64,000 bases of DNA, taken from the NCBI GenBank assembly GCA_051294375.1, contig CM119264.1, positions 18,107,729-18,171,728 of the forward strand, read 5' to 3'. The notes below the pieces were generated by a model. The model did not search any database. It was not told the DNA's origin and worked only from the letters and a program-made list of their open reading frames with translations. Origin of the DNA: Paraspadella gotoi. Its lineage: Eukaryota > Animalia > Chaetognatha. Below, piece by piece: positions 28,781 through 54,679 of this stretch; position 1 is the stretch's first letter, and every line of letters begins with the position of its first letter. A program made the translations under genes and the position numbers.

Positions 28781-30229
28781 GCGAATACAGTCTCGTTGTC
28801 GTAGTAGTCTGTGTATAATCCTGTGGGTCCCTGGTGGACTCGCGCCGTTGTTGACGCGAAGCGGGCTCCGTGTTGTCTCTTGGCCCGTCCGTGTCGCCGT
28901 GGTCGTCGTGGGCGCCGGGGTCTCCGTGGTCGCCGTGGGTCGTGGTCTGCCGTGGTCGCTGTGGTCGTCGAAGTCGCCGTGGTCTGTGTCGGTGGTCGCC
29001 GTGGTCCAGGGGTCGTCGTTGTCGTCGAGGGAGGCCGTGGTATGCGTCGTCGCCGTCGTCGCCGTGCTCGTTCCCCGTTCACCCTGCGTTAATTTCCGTA
29101 TCCCAAGTAGGATGCGGAAGAAATAGAGCATCGACGACAGAGGACACGAACATATGGGGGGTTGGGTGTCAGTGCGTCGTCACGAGTCAGGCCTAACAAC
29201 GTGTTCAGGTGTCTAACGCGCAGGTCAGGTGCGAAAAGCGCCAGTCAGGTGCATATCGCAGCGGTCAGATGCCACTTTCGATGCGATAGGGACGGATGGC
29301 GCAGATGCGTCGGTTGCCAGGCCAAGGGATTTATGGTGCGTGGATGATTCGAGTTTTATGTTTGATGGTGAACTGGGTCCGAGTTTGGCGGTGAATCGGA
29401 AAAAAAATGTGGTCTGTTCTCGTGAGGAAGGGGAGCTTCGTTTTTTTTTTATCAATAAAATTGTTATTTTTTGTTTATATTTGTATGAATACGTTTATGA
29501 ATTCGCCCAGACGGGTAAAGGGGACAAAGAGGACAAACGAAGCAAATGCATTCGGTCGGCGTCTAAGCTCGGCGGTTGTGAATTGGCGCGCGACGATCGG
29601 TGATGCGAGGATTATGGAAAAAAGGCACGAAAAGAAAGGACTGAAAAGAAGAAAAAAGGTGGAGGAAAGGGAGGAAAGAAGAGGAAGGAGGAAGGGGAGG
29701 AAAATGAAAGGGTTGTGGTAAATAGTGAGAGAAAAATGGAAGAGGAAAGGGAGGTAGAGGAAGAAAACAATTCGTAAGAATGAAGAGTATGCGAAGGAGA
29801 AAAAAAATTAGATTGAGAGGATAGAAAACAGGGAGAGAAAAAGAAAAGAAACAAGAATAAATTATGAAAAATTATCAATAAATAACTCGGTCGTTGGGAA
29901 AAGGTTTGGAAAAATAAATAAATTGTTGTAAGAAATGGATGAAAAAGAACCAAATAGTAGACAGAGAAAAAAGATACGGAGAAAAGAAATAAATAAAAAA
30001 GGAGAGCAAAAAATACGTGAAGGAAGTGATGGAAAAAAATGGAGGGAAGGTAAGCAAGAAATTGAAACGCCAAAGGCGGAGAAATGAAAAAAACGAAAGT
30101 CGGCCAAAGAACAAGTAAATTTTTAATAACTTTTTTCTTTTTTTTTTCTTTCCAACTCACGATTTCGTTTTTTCCGCGGGACTTTCTTCTATTTCGTCCT
30201 CTTTCTTTCCCACATTTCGTTTTTCCTTA

Positions 30230-30319
<90 letters not shown>

Positions 30320-31815
30320 CCTACTCGGCTCTTGCTCATTTCCATCGTCTCTCGTTTCCCCCCTCTATTCCCCTCGGCCTATCTCTCTCCGGCACCTTCA
30401 CATTTCTTTTCTCATTTACATTCCCCTCCGTTTCAGTCCGACTTCTTCCTGACTTTTCTCATAACTTCTCTTTTTCCTCTTCGGGTTTTCTTTCCCCGCA
30501 AAATTTTTCTCCTCCACTTTCCTTTTTCCCCTCTTTAACATGCACGCATTTAATCCCTNNNNNNNNNNNNNNNNNNNNNNNNNNNNNNNNNNNNNNNNNN
30601 NNNNNNNNNNNNNNNNNNNNNNNNNNNNNNNNNNNNNNNNNNNNNNNNNNNNNNNNNNNNNNNNNNNNNNNNNNNNNNNNNNNNNNNNNNNNNNNNNNNN
30701 NNNNNNNNNNNNNNNNNNNNNNNNNNNNNNNNNNNNNNNNNNNNNNNNNNNNNNNNNNNNNNNNNNNNNNNNNNNNNNNNNNNNNNNNNNTGCCCTTCTT
30801 TAGAAAATCTTAGGAATTAATCTCTCAAATAAATCTCGGAAATCAGCTGATGACTGCTCTTTTGTTTTTCGCCAGCCTAATCGCGTCTTGGACGAAAGCG
30901 GCGCGCAGTAGTTGCAGCCTTCGTCGTCGTTCTTTTTGACGTCATCGACGCGGTCGCCCCATTCGGTCCGTCATTCGTCACCATTAAAAACAAAAGAAAA
31001 GAGGCCATTTGATACACGACCCCTGAAAACGACAACTTCCGACCAATTTCGAGGAGAGGTGGACGGACTAAAGGACGGGGGGCGGCGGGGGGGGGNNNNN
31101 NNNNNNNNNNNNNNNNNNNNNNNNNNNNNNNNNNNNNNNNNNNNNNNNNNNNNNNNNNNNNNNNNNNNNNNNNNNNNNNNNNNNNNNNNNNNNNNNNNNN
31201 NNNNNNNNNNNNNNNNNNNNNNNNNNNNNNNNNNNNNNNNNNNNNAAAAAAAAAAAACAATAAATATTTTTACTGTTCAATCTAATTTAATTTTCTATAA
31301 ACGAAAACTTTATAATTTCATAAAAAAAAAATCGATTAGTTATGAATGCCATCTAACTCGCTTAGTGTATATGATTTGGCCGTTTATGGCAACATTGTGA
31401 AAATCGCTGCCATCGTCGCTGTCATCGTCGCAACAGCAAGTCCTCGGTGACAAATCCCAAACTCGCGCTTCTTCGCGCAGACGTCGGTCGCTAAGCAACC
31501 GACGTTTCTAAGCAGCAGTCGCAAAGGCGCTGAGCTTCTTGGAAACGACGACGACGACGACGACGACGCCCAGGGGCCTCCATTTTTCTCTCCATCGCTT
31601 TTTTATGATTCATTCGCCTTACAGCAGCTCGTCCATTCGTCAAAGAGGGATACATTAACCCAAAGTCTTCCATTCATCAGCCTCCTCTCTCTCTCTCNNN
31701 NNNNNNNNNNNNNNNNNNNNNNTCTCCTTCTCTCTTCTATCTCTCTTCTCTCTCTCTTCTCTCTCTCTTCTCTTCTTCATCTCCCTCTCTCTCTCTTCTC
31801 TCTCTCTCTCTCTCT

Positions 31816-31855
<40 letters not shown>

Positions 31856-32034
31856 CTTTCTTCTTTCGAATCAAAACCAACAAAGTCCCGTCGGAATTTT
31901 CCTCTTTTTCTTTTATGTCTTCTTATCTCTAATCGCTTTTTTTTTTTTGTGTTGGTTTACCCTCCGATGACTCGCTCTCCTCAGAGCCCTACCACCAGGC
32001 TCTCCGCTTCAGTCGACTCACGTCTTTGTTACGC

Positions 32035-45113
<13,079 letters not shown>

Positions 45114-45203
45114 TGACATGTAAAAAAATTCACGAGAGTTAGTGAAAATAAAAAACGTTGGGCGAAGGCGAACCAAATTTTTTTTTCTTCAGTCTCAACG
45201 CTG

Positions 45204-45241
<38 letters not shown>

Positions 45242-45387
45242 GCTCTCCTCCTCTCTCTCTCTCTTGCCACTACACCCAACCTTGTTCGCAAATCGCTCTT
45301 TCCAAATATCCTTCTCACGCGATGGAACCAAAGACGATCGTCTGAGAGTCGATACCAGTTTTTTTTATTCCAGACTCGTCGACCAAA

Positions 45388-45433
<46 letters not shown>

Positions 45434-47022
45434 AGAGAGAGAGGAGAAGTAGCAGCTGAGAGAGAGAGAGAGAGAGTAGAGAGAGAGAGGGAGAGGAAGA
45501 GAGGAATCTTTTGATATCGTCATGCAAATGAGCTTTTCGACAACAACAAACTATTTAACTGTTACACGACGCCCACCAGAATGTGGCGAAACTGATACAA
45601 TCGATTCCGATGAAAGGGAGGAAAGAAAAAAAAAAGAAAAAGAAAAAGAATGGAAAAGACTTTGTAGAGAGAGAGAAAGAGCTTTTTAAAAAGAAAAAGA
45701 AAATTGAAGAAACCAAAAGAGAAAATCATCAGAATGAAGGAAAAAAAAAACAATCGAAGCAAACATAAACAAACAAAATAAACGAGTTACGACAAAAAAA
45801 ATTTAAAGGAAGAAAGGAAAAATAAAGGGAAAAAAAAGGACGAAAGACCAAAGAAAGAAAGAAAATAGTATCAAAGTAGGGAGGAAAGGGCGGGACAGCC
45901 ACAGGGCGCCGGCATGAAACAAGGGTGGAAAAGACATGAAAGAGGGATCAAGCCCCCACGCCATCTCCCAAGGTCGAAGAAAATCGAAAATGCGCCTAAT
46001 GACGACTCCCACTTTTTTTGGTGGGGGAGTATTTTGATGGAAATCTAAGTGAGGGGGAGATGAGAGAACTTAAAAGGTCCTTCTGGTGATTGTGGCTGAG
46101 ATGTACGGTTTACGGAGGTTTTCCTGTACCGATTCGTTTTCAAAGGAAACAGGTTCCGATGTGGAAGAGAATTTGTTATGCAAGTAAAAAACGAGCTTTT
46201 TCTCATGTTATAGATGTCATTTTATTTACATTGAGGATTTATGTAAATCCAAATTTTTGTTGACGATAATTTACAAAACTTTCGACAAAATAGTAACCAA
46301 TGCGTACAAAATAATTCAAAAGGAAAAAGATTTATCCCGAGAGAAAATGGTTAAAAGTTGGATAAAAGAAAAATGAGGATTGCGAATAGAAAAGTGGAGA
46401 ACGGGGCTTAAGATCAGTCGAAATCAATGGAACTCGCAGAGCGACGCATTGGTGCCACCAATGTTGGGTCCAACGTCGGGTGAGTCTCTGGCTGATGGAA
46501 GAGAGACGTTTGGCTGGCAATGGGACGTTGAGAGGGGAATTGGGGACCGAGGGAAAGGAAGTGGGGACGTAAAAAGGGAAAGAGGGGACGAAGATTGGGG
46601 GATTGACGGCTGGAACCGCGAAGCGGATCCAAAGACATATCTATTACTCATATATGTATAATATATATATATATATTATGCGTAAATTTGACTCTACTCT
46701 CTACCAATTTTAAAGTTATGCGCCGCCAGAAAAAAAATAATGGAAGAGTGAATATGTATATTTGCGGAGGTGGATTGGGTAATGGGTAGAGAGAGAGAGA
46801 GAGAATTTTTGAATTTTTGAATTTATTCAATGGGGCTTTAGGCCAAAAATAAACAATAGGCCATAAAAAGCTACTTTATTACATTTAAGTCTACGAATTT
46901 AGGCATCATCATGAAATCTTTCCGATTTACAATTTATGCATGTATTTTCCCTTTGTAAATAATCCCATCCAAAAGCGTTTCGATAGGTGAAATGTTTGTC
47001 TGAAGAAGAAGGAGAGAGAGAA

Positions 47023-47119
<97 letters not shown>

Positions 47120-47510
47120 AGAGAGAGGAGACAAGATCGACGTAAAGACATGCAAACAAACTAACAGACGTCCGAGCGAGAGAATTTGAAGCGTCATGAC
47201 TTTTTAAAAAAAATAAGTTTCTAATTAGTTTAAGGGTAAGTGAGCCGATAAAACCTGGTATGGGTTTGATGAGAAAATCAGGAAAAGACAAACACAGACG
47301 GAACTTGAAAGGAGTTTCAGCTTCGTCCTCCTTTCTCCACTTTTCTCACGCCCGCTCAGACTCACGATTTTTATGGAGTTTGTGAAAGCGGAACCAATCG
47401 AAAGTGGAAAGAAAAGAAAGCAGAAAATTCGTCGTAATCGATTATGTACCACCGATTTCGTTGATGTGATTTCGCAGAATCGCAGCCCATAGTGGAGAGA
47501 GAGAAAGAGA

Positions 47511-47586
<76 letters not shown>

Positions 47587-47710
47587 CGAGATCAGCGTTG
47601 AGAATCAAATGGACTCTGATAAACATCAAAATGATTAAAAATTCCCGGGAATAAGTCACGTGGATCTCGAAGGACCGGGAGGAAAAAAGGGAATTAATCA
47701 GATCCGAGAA

Positions 47711-47778
<68 letters not shown>

Positions 47779-47899
47779 TAAAGAGGGAGAAAAAGAAATT
47801 AAAGAGAAAACAACTTTTGAATCTAAAGAGGGAGAAAAGGGAAGAGGAGGAAAACAGAGCGGAATGAGGATAACGAGCAAAAAAAGGAGAAAGAGAGAC

Positions 47900-47943
47900 C
47901 GAAAGCAAAGAAAGAAAGAAGAGAAAGAAAGAAAAAAAAGAAA

Positions 47944-47984
<41 letters not shown>

Positions 47985-48036
47985 AGAAAAAAGAAAGAAA
48001 GAAAGAAAGAGAAAAAAAAGAGAGAAAAAAGAAGCA

Positions 48037-48073
<37 letters not shown>

Positions 48074-48140
48074 AAAAAAAAGAAGAAAAAAAGCAGGAAA
48101 GAAAGAAAGAAAGAAAGAAAATAAAAGAAAAAAGAAAAGA
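47900..48140 (+). repeat. (GAAA)n purine tract
   Basis: Direct inspection. Confidence 0.9.
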
Positions 48141-48396
48141 GAGCGCTTTCGCGATTGGCGGGAGAACTTGCAATTCACGCAGAACTCAAGTTTTACTGAT
48201 TCAATCTAATTGAGTCAAACCCATTGGTTCCAATGAATAGAGTTGAAGCGGTAACGTGTCCCCGTCATCCCCTCGAGTGGTCGAGAATTCAAATTAGCAC
48301 GAAAAATTTAATTTATTACATTAGTAATCATATAAAACTCGAATATTTACATAGTATTATTAGTGATAATTACTCAAAAGGAAATTAAAATGCAAG

Positions 48397-50710
48397 TATG
48401 CAACAATGAAAAATAACGTGGCGAAACGGTCTGCGTGCTGATTTGTGGTCGCTTTGTTAAAATTGTTTCTGAGGCCAAATTTAACGTTGATCAATTACTT
48501 TGGAATATGGCGATATACACTACTGGACATTCACTGTATCTGACATAAAACCCTTGACCATCAACAAAAAAATGCTTAACTAGATCAAAAATAGTAAAAA
48601 GATGCAGAGCAATATAGCCTCGAAACGCTTCAAAAGATTTTAGACCATTGCTTTTATAGAATGCAAAAAAATATAATATTATTAAAACAAAACTTTAAAC
48701 GTATACACGCTAGATAGTTAGACGCGAACCGCGATTGAATATTTTTTACCCAAGTCATTTCCTTCTAAGTTTATATGAAATCATTTTTTGTATATTAGTG
48801 CAATAATCTAAATAACAATATGACAGAAATTCATTTTTAATTTTCTTTATGAATGGGACAAGTTTTCCTTGCTTTACTTCCCCTTATGTCTAATTTTTAA
48901 TCATTTTTAAAGGTATTCTTCAAAACCTTATAATAAATTACTATATTTCGAGCGCTTTTTTCTTCAAATTCTTTCAAACAAAAACAACATAAAAAACATT
49001 TTAAATTAATAAAAAAAAAATTGGATTGAATGAATTTTGGAAAACAATATTTTGAAACTTGAGAATAATGGATTATGAGTCAGGAAAAAAAATTGCAATC
49101 TAAAAAAATCAACCTTTTGCCTTTCAATTTTCTAGAGGCTGATTTTTTTATTTTTTTTGATATTGTGAACTTTTCTATGGCAAAACGCATTATTCTCAAT
49201 GAGCATAGTTGTTGGACGGAAATTTTTTTGTCCAACAATGGAAAATGTTCAACTTTTGCAAGTTTAGGCCTTTTTTGTGGGGAGATAAATAAAAAATTTA
49301 TTGATTATCGATGGGTTACATTCTGAAAGTGATATTGTTCTAAATGCACACAAATTTTCTTCAAGTTTTATTTTGAAATTAAAGTATTGTACCATATAGA
49401 AATAAGTGAGATAGACTCCCGCTTTGCCAGAAATTTTTATTAACAAAAGATTTGTATGTCTAATTGTTAGAAGAAAAGTTATTTCTTATAGTGAAGTATG
49501 ACTTTGAAAGAAAAGAGGTAGGCAAGTGATTTATCAAAAATTAAAATGCCCTAATCATGGACACCATTTCTAAAAGAGTTTTATTAAATTAAATCCATAA
49601 ATCTTTACACAGCTTTTGTTTTAAATCAGAATTAAAAGTATAACAGTTTTTTGCCTTTAAAAATTTTCAAATGAAGCATATGAAATGTTTTTATTTTTCT
49701 TTTGTAATTTTGAAAAAGTAAGACTGAATTACATTTGTTTATTTTATTTTCTTTATTCGCATAAAATTGCTTATATTTTTTAGTTAAAGTAAAAAACAAG
49801 CAAAAATTTATGTTGTAGCTTGATAAAATTAATTTTTAAATATTAAAAATGATAAATACAAAAATGTTTCAGCTTGATATAAACAGTCTGGACATCTACC
49901 TTCCTTGCTGTGGAAAAAAATCGTCATTTTTCATTATCTTTAACTGGCAAACTAAAAGCTTGACACACTGCTTGTTTATCATAATAAAGTTGTAAAAAAT
50001 TATATAGCTGGTAACATATTTGACAAGCAAAACATCTCATTGTGTTAAATTGTATTGATAATTTTTTTTTAAATATAGCAAGGAATTTAATTCTATTAAC
50101 TTATCATCCGTTTTAATTAAGAAAAAAAATTTCGCGAATAGCCATTGGCAAGGGTTCATTGACTGACTTAATGATGAAATTTTTTAGATTTCTTTACTGC
50201 CCCCATTTTACAAGAATATAAAAGGTCATGGTTATCATGTCAATAAGTCCAGATTAATCTGTACCCTTTCTGCAACCTGCATTCTAAATTTTTTTTTTTC
50301 CCTTTCAAATGTATTAAATAAAAAAAATTATTTGAAAGAAACATCGGCGTGGAGGATGCCATTGGTAAACCTTAGTTACCACCATTTCCGATCGGAATTT
50401 TTAAATGAGGTTTTTTTTGCCATGCTATTGAGACATAACACTAACTATTAGTACCATTATTTTTTTTAATTTTTGTCTATTACAATTCTATAAATAAATA
50501 TGAATAAGTAACTTTTTAAAAAAATTTCTCATCCTTCACCCTATATTCAGTCATATCTAAAAAACAAAAAAAGATTTTGCATTGATATTTTGGATATCAA
50601 TATATGAAACTATAACATTTCAAAAAATAAAAAGAAATATAATAATATTGATCAGTGAATTTTTTTTATGCACGGAACAGTAACGTTACGCCATTTTTCA
50701 TTGTGTCATA
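48397..50710. mobile_element. Possible decayed TIR DNA-transposon derivative (AT-rich 2.3-kb block)
   Basis: 48397-48438 and 50670-50710 are imperfect inverted copies (about 31/42 by hand alignment, core ATTTTTCATTGT). The enclosed block is very AT-rich and lacks the GA/GAC repeats of its flanks. No transposase or TSD recognised. Confidence 0.3.
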
Positions 50711-52029
50711 TAAACATTAAAATATTCTCAATTCGCTCACAAAGTTTGTTTGTTTGCCCTGATTTTTTCTTGGTCCCGATTTTGTTTTTCCCACGAAAAA
50801 AAGAAAGAAAAAAAAAAGAACGAAAGACCCGATGGCCTCGAATCGGCGCCTTTGTTCTTCTGCCCCCATCCGACCTACGCGGGCCGTTCGTTCCCCACTC
50901 TCGCCGCTTGGGGCTTAATAGACCCTAACGTTCCTTCCAGACTGCGAGCGCCCCGGAAAGCCATCCACCCGCGCGCGGTTGAGAGTTGAGTGTTGAGTTG
51001 AGTGTTGAGAATCTCGCGTCTTTCTTTCTCCTCCCCTAAAACGGGTCCAGTGGCCACGCCCAACGAAAACCAACGACAAAAAAATCTCAGTCGTTCTTAC
51101 CTAGTCTTATTTTTAACAATTCTCATCCTCGTAGTCATAAGTAAGTAAAGCCTCGTATCCAGTTTTCAAAATTATCTCATGACAAAGAGAACTACCCGCC
51201 TCCGAAATCCTTTTCTTACCTCCACCGCCGCTGCCCTCGCCGCCGGTTTGGCGGACCGCTTCGGCAGCCGCTGCCGCCTCCGGATAAAAGAGGACAAAAA
51301 AAGGCGTTTGGCCTAGATTGGTTCACCGGCGCTAGCGCCGCTTCGCCGCCGCTCGCCGCCCGTCGTGGCCGGTTCACGCCGCGTTGGTCTTTGATGAACG
51401 GCAGAGGTGAGGGCTTGGTGGTGGCGGCAGCTGCGGGCGAGGTGGGTCCGAAGGATCAGGCAGTGTCGAAACGGTGGATACGCCTCGAATTTGGTTCAAA
51501 GTGGGTCAGGGTTAAATCGATAGTGGATTCTCATATGAAGGAGTTAAAGGGAGATTATGGAGGGAAGGACTAGAAAGATGATTTGAAGTTTCGAGGGCAG
51601 GAAGAATGCACGCGGCGCCTGAGGCGGTGGGAAGCGGCGTTGTCAGTGGCGTTGGCGGCTCGGTGATTTACTCAGCGAACCAGAGAACCAGAATTAAAAA
51701 AAAAAAAAGAAATCCTGGGTCAGGGCCAACAACCGGTCGTTCGGTCCTTTGGTTCCCTTTTTCTCTTATCTTCTACTCGGTGATATATAAGTTCGATCGA
51801 ATCGCTATCGTCTCGAAATGAGATGAGAGGCAGAGCAAGATTAATAAGCAAAGTAATCTATATAAATTAACGATGATGAAGCGATGATGTCAGCGACGAA
51901 CGCGACGACCACGGAAAAAGGGCATAAGTGGATCGAGTCTCACAGCTGACGACAGAGACGTGCGCCATTTCGTGAAGACACTTAGAATGATTTGAGAGAG
52001 AGAGAGAGAGAGAGAGAAGAGAGAGAGAG

Positions 52030-52147
<118 letters not shown>

Positions 52148-54371
52148 CGAGAGGTCGCTTCTGAGTCCGCAGTTTTCATTGGCGAGAAAGTGTTAGACTT
52201 TAGGTTCGACGATAATGAAATAGTAAGAGTGGGTTTTTCGATATTGAGTGGTGGACAGAGAATCAGGGGTAGGAGGCGTAGTTGATGGGTTGGTAACCGT
52301 ACGTAGGAGGAATGCTCGATGGTTGATGCTTGGTGGTTTCAATAAGCTTCGAAAAGGAATCGAACGGAAGACTTTTCTCGGGGCGCATATTGTTTTTTTT
52401 AAGTTCATAGCATCGTTTACGAAAAATTATCCGGCGCGTGAAAGAATATCAACCAAGCAGTTAGCATCCAGGCCATAGAGAAACAATTTGGGGGGAGGGA
52501 TTTAGATTCAACAGAATGAGGGATTTAGGGATAACGGGGGAAAAAAAATCCGAAGACGTAAAACGGGGAAAGATTTGGGATCTTCCAGAATTTTTTCGCG
52601 AACTTCGCCCACGCTCTTAGACTGTCTGCCCACACGAAAATCTCTGTTCCTTCCATTTCATCGCTCTTGACGCCCACACATTTCCGCTACCAGAAAAACT
52701 TTTTTTTCTTTGAAACAAAAATATTCCAACGTAGTTTTTCGTCCCCTTTCGGAGGATTTTTGTCTGGATAAGGAAATTGAGGTTCTCAGCGTCTGGTATT
52801 TTTCAAATAACAGACTTTCACTAATTGCGGCTGACTTTCCACGTTAAAAACGCCCTGAAATAGGTATATATATTAGTGCAGCAATCCTTAAAATCGTCTC
52901 TTAATCCGTGGATTTGAAAAATGGTTACAAGCGGTTTGATCAAAGAGAGACAGGCGATAAAAAAATTAATATTTTGCAATTTCAAATGAGGCATTGTTGT
53001 GTTTACGCAAAGAGGCGAAGGCATCGGATTCCGCTAGATAGAGTCTGCCATCAACGCGAAACCAAATCCTTTTATCCGGTGCCGCTATCGCCGGCGGCGG
53101 CTGCGGCGGCTGCGGCGGCGGCGGCGTTTCACAATGAATTTATTTGAATCGGTGGCGTCGCCGGCCAAACCCGTACTCCCATCTCCACCTACCTCCAACG
53201 TGGAGAAAAGCACGCGCGCGAACAAAAACGTATTTTGAATTTCATATTCGATCTAAAATGACGTCTTCCTTTCACGAGCGCTGTAGCGTCGGCTTCTGAA
53301 AGCGCCATCTTGAGAGAACCTCGCTTACGAGCCTTTTATGGAATCGTGAAAATGATTTATTCCGAAATTCACTTTCTCCCGCGACAATGTTGCGAACGAC
53401 CCATTTTTTTTTCTCTCTCTCTCTCTTTCCCTTTCTCTCTTTCTCTACTCTCTCTCTCTCTCCCTCTGTTTACAGTTTCCTCCCAGGTCGTGCGTCTCCT
53501 CCCTGTCATTCCTCTTCCTCTTCTCAATTTATCCGGGACAAACTCCTGCTTTTTCAACCTTTCCTTCCTTCAGTCTCTTTGCCTTAGGTTTTCTTCCGCG
53601 CCATTCCTCCAACTTTTTAATGGAACTCCATTCTTTAAAATTAAATTTCTTTTTCCCCTACTTTTTTTTTTCTATAAATTCTTTTTCTCATCGCCGGTCT
53701 CCTTTCTTCCCATTTCCTAACTAAGAAAGTTTTATTTTACAGGGAAACCATTTTTTTTTATTTTATCATCGTCCTCCTTCATTCTTCCTCCCTGATTCTA
53801 CTGATTCTGCTTCAGCTAGTTCCTCCTCTTTTTTTAATCTGTATTCCATCAATTTCAGCGTCAACCGAAAGTCGAAAAAGGCGGCGAAAAGGCGGTTAGG
53901 CGCGCCGCTGCCGACGCGGGCGCCGGTGCCTCCGCCGCTGCCTCCGCCGCATTCGGTCCTTTGTGCCAAATTTGGGGTCATAAAGTAGGGGAGGGAAGTA
54001 TGTCTTGCGAGATGAGAGGTCAAGTAAGGATTAATTAATTCGATACAAATTTCGTTAATTTAAATGAGTCAATGCTCAAATATTTATTACGTGTACATAG
54101 ACATAAAAGAAGGGAGAAAATGGGAGAGAAAAAGAGACCGCGTGAGAGGCAGGGATGCGGAGATAGAAAAAAAAGAAAGAAAACTCATGGCATTTGGGAG
54201 CTCCAAAGGAATCCAAACGAGAATACAAAAAGCTCCGCTCGTCTTAACGCTGCAACTCTTTTGGTTTTAACGTGAACGACTCGATGCTACAAGGAGGCCC
54301 AGTCAGTAGGACCGAAAACATCCAATAAATTACAAAAGTGAAATTTAAAAAGAGATGGTGAAGTATTTATC

Positions 54372-54377
54372 TTTATT
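54372..54377 (-). promoter_or_regulatory. Probable polyadenylation signal of the ASPA-like gene
   Basis: AATAAA on the minus strand ~75 nt downstream of the stop codon. Confidence 0.55.
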
Positions 54378-54451
54378 TGCCTTTGATTATAAAATCAATC
54401 GACTCATCTCCTTGTTTCAAAGGGCTCAGAAAAGGTCGTTATCTCCCGCCA

Positions 54452-54679
54452 TCACTTGATCCATTCATTCTTCCCCATGCCGTCTCCGTCATCGACCTTC
54501 AACGCCGGAAGTCGAATCGTCTTTTTCTTCGTCTCCCAAAATGCGGCGTCCTTCTCGTAATAGGCGGCCTCGTTGATGAAGACGGGGTAAACGGGTTCGG
54601 GTCCTGCGAAGGGCACCTCTGTACCGTCTGCTCGTAGGAAGGCCGGCTGTCCCGGTTCCAAAACTTGGTAATCGCGGTC
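54452..54679 (-). CDS. ASPA-like exon 6 (terminal)
   Basis: Acceptor tttttttcataag; DRDYQVLEPGQPAFLRADGTEVPFAGPEPVYPVFINEAAYYEKDAAFWETKKKTIRLPALKVDDGDGMGKNEWIK*, TGA at 54454-54452. Confidence 0.95.
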   Translation of the reverse strand, partial: DRDYQVLEPGQPAFLRADGTEVPFAGPEPVYPVFINEAAYYEKDAAFWETKKKTIRLPALKVDDGDGMGKNEWIK

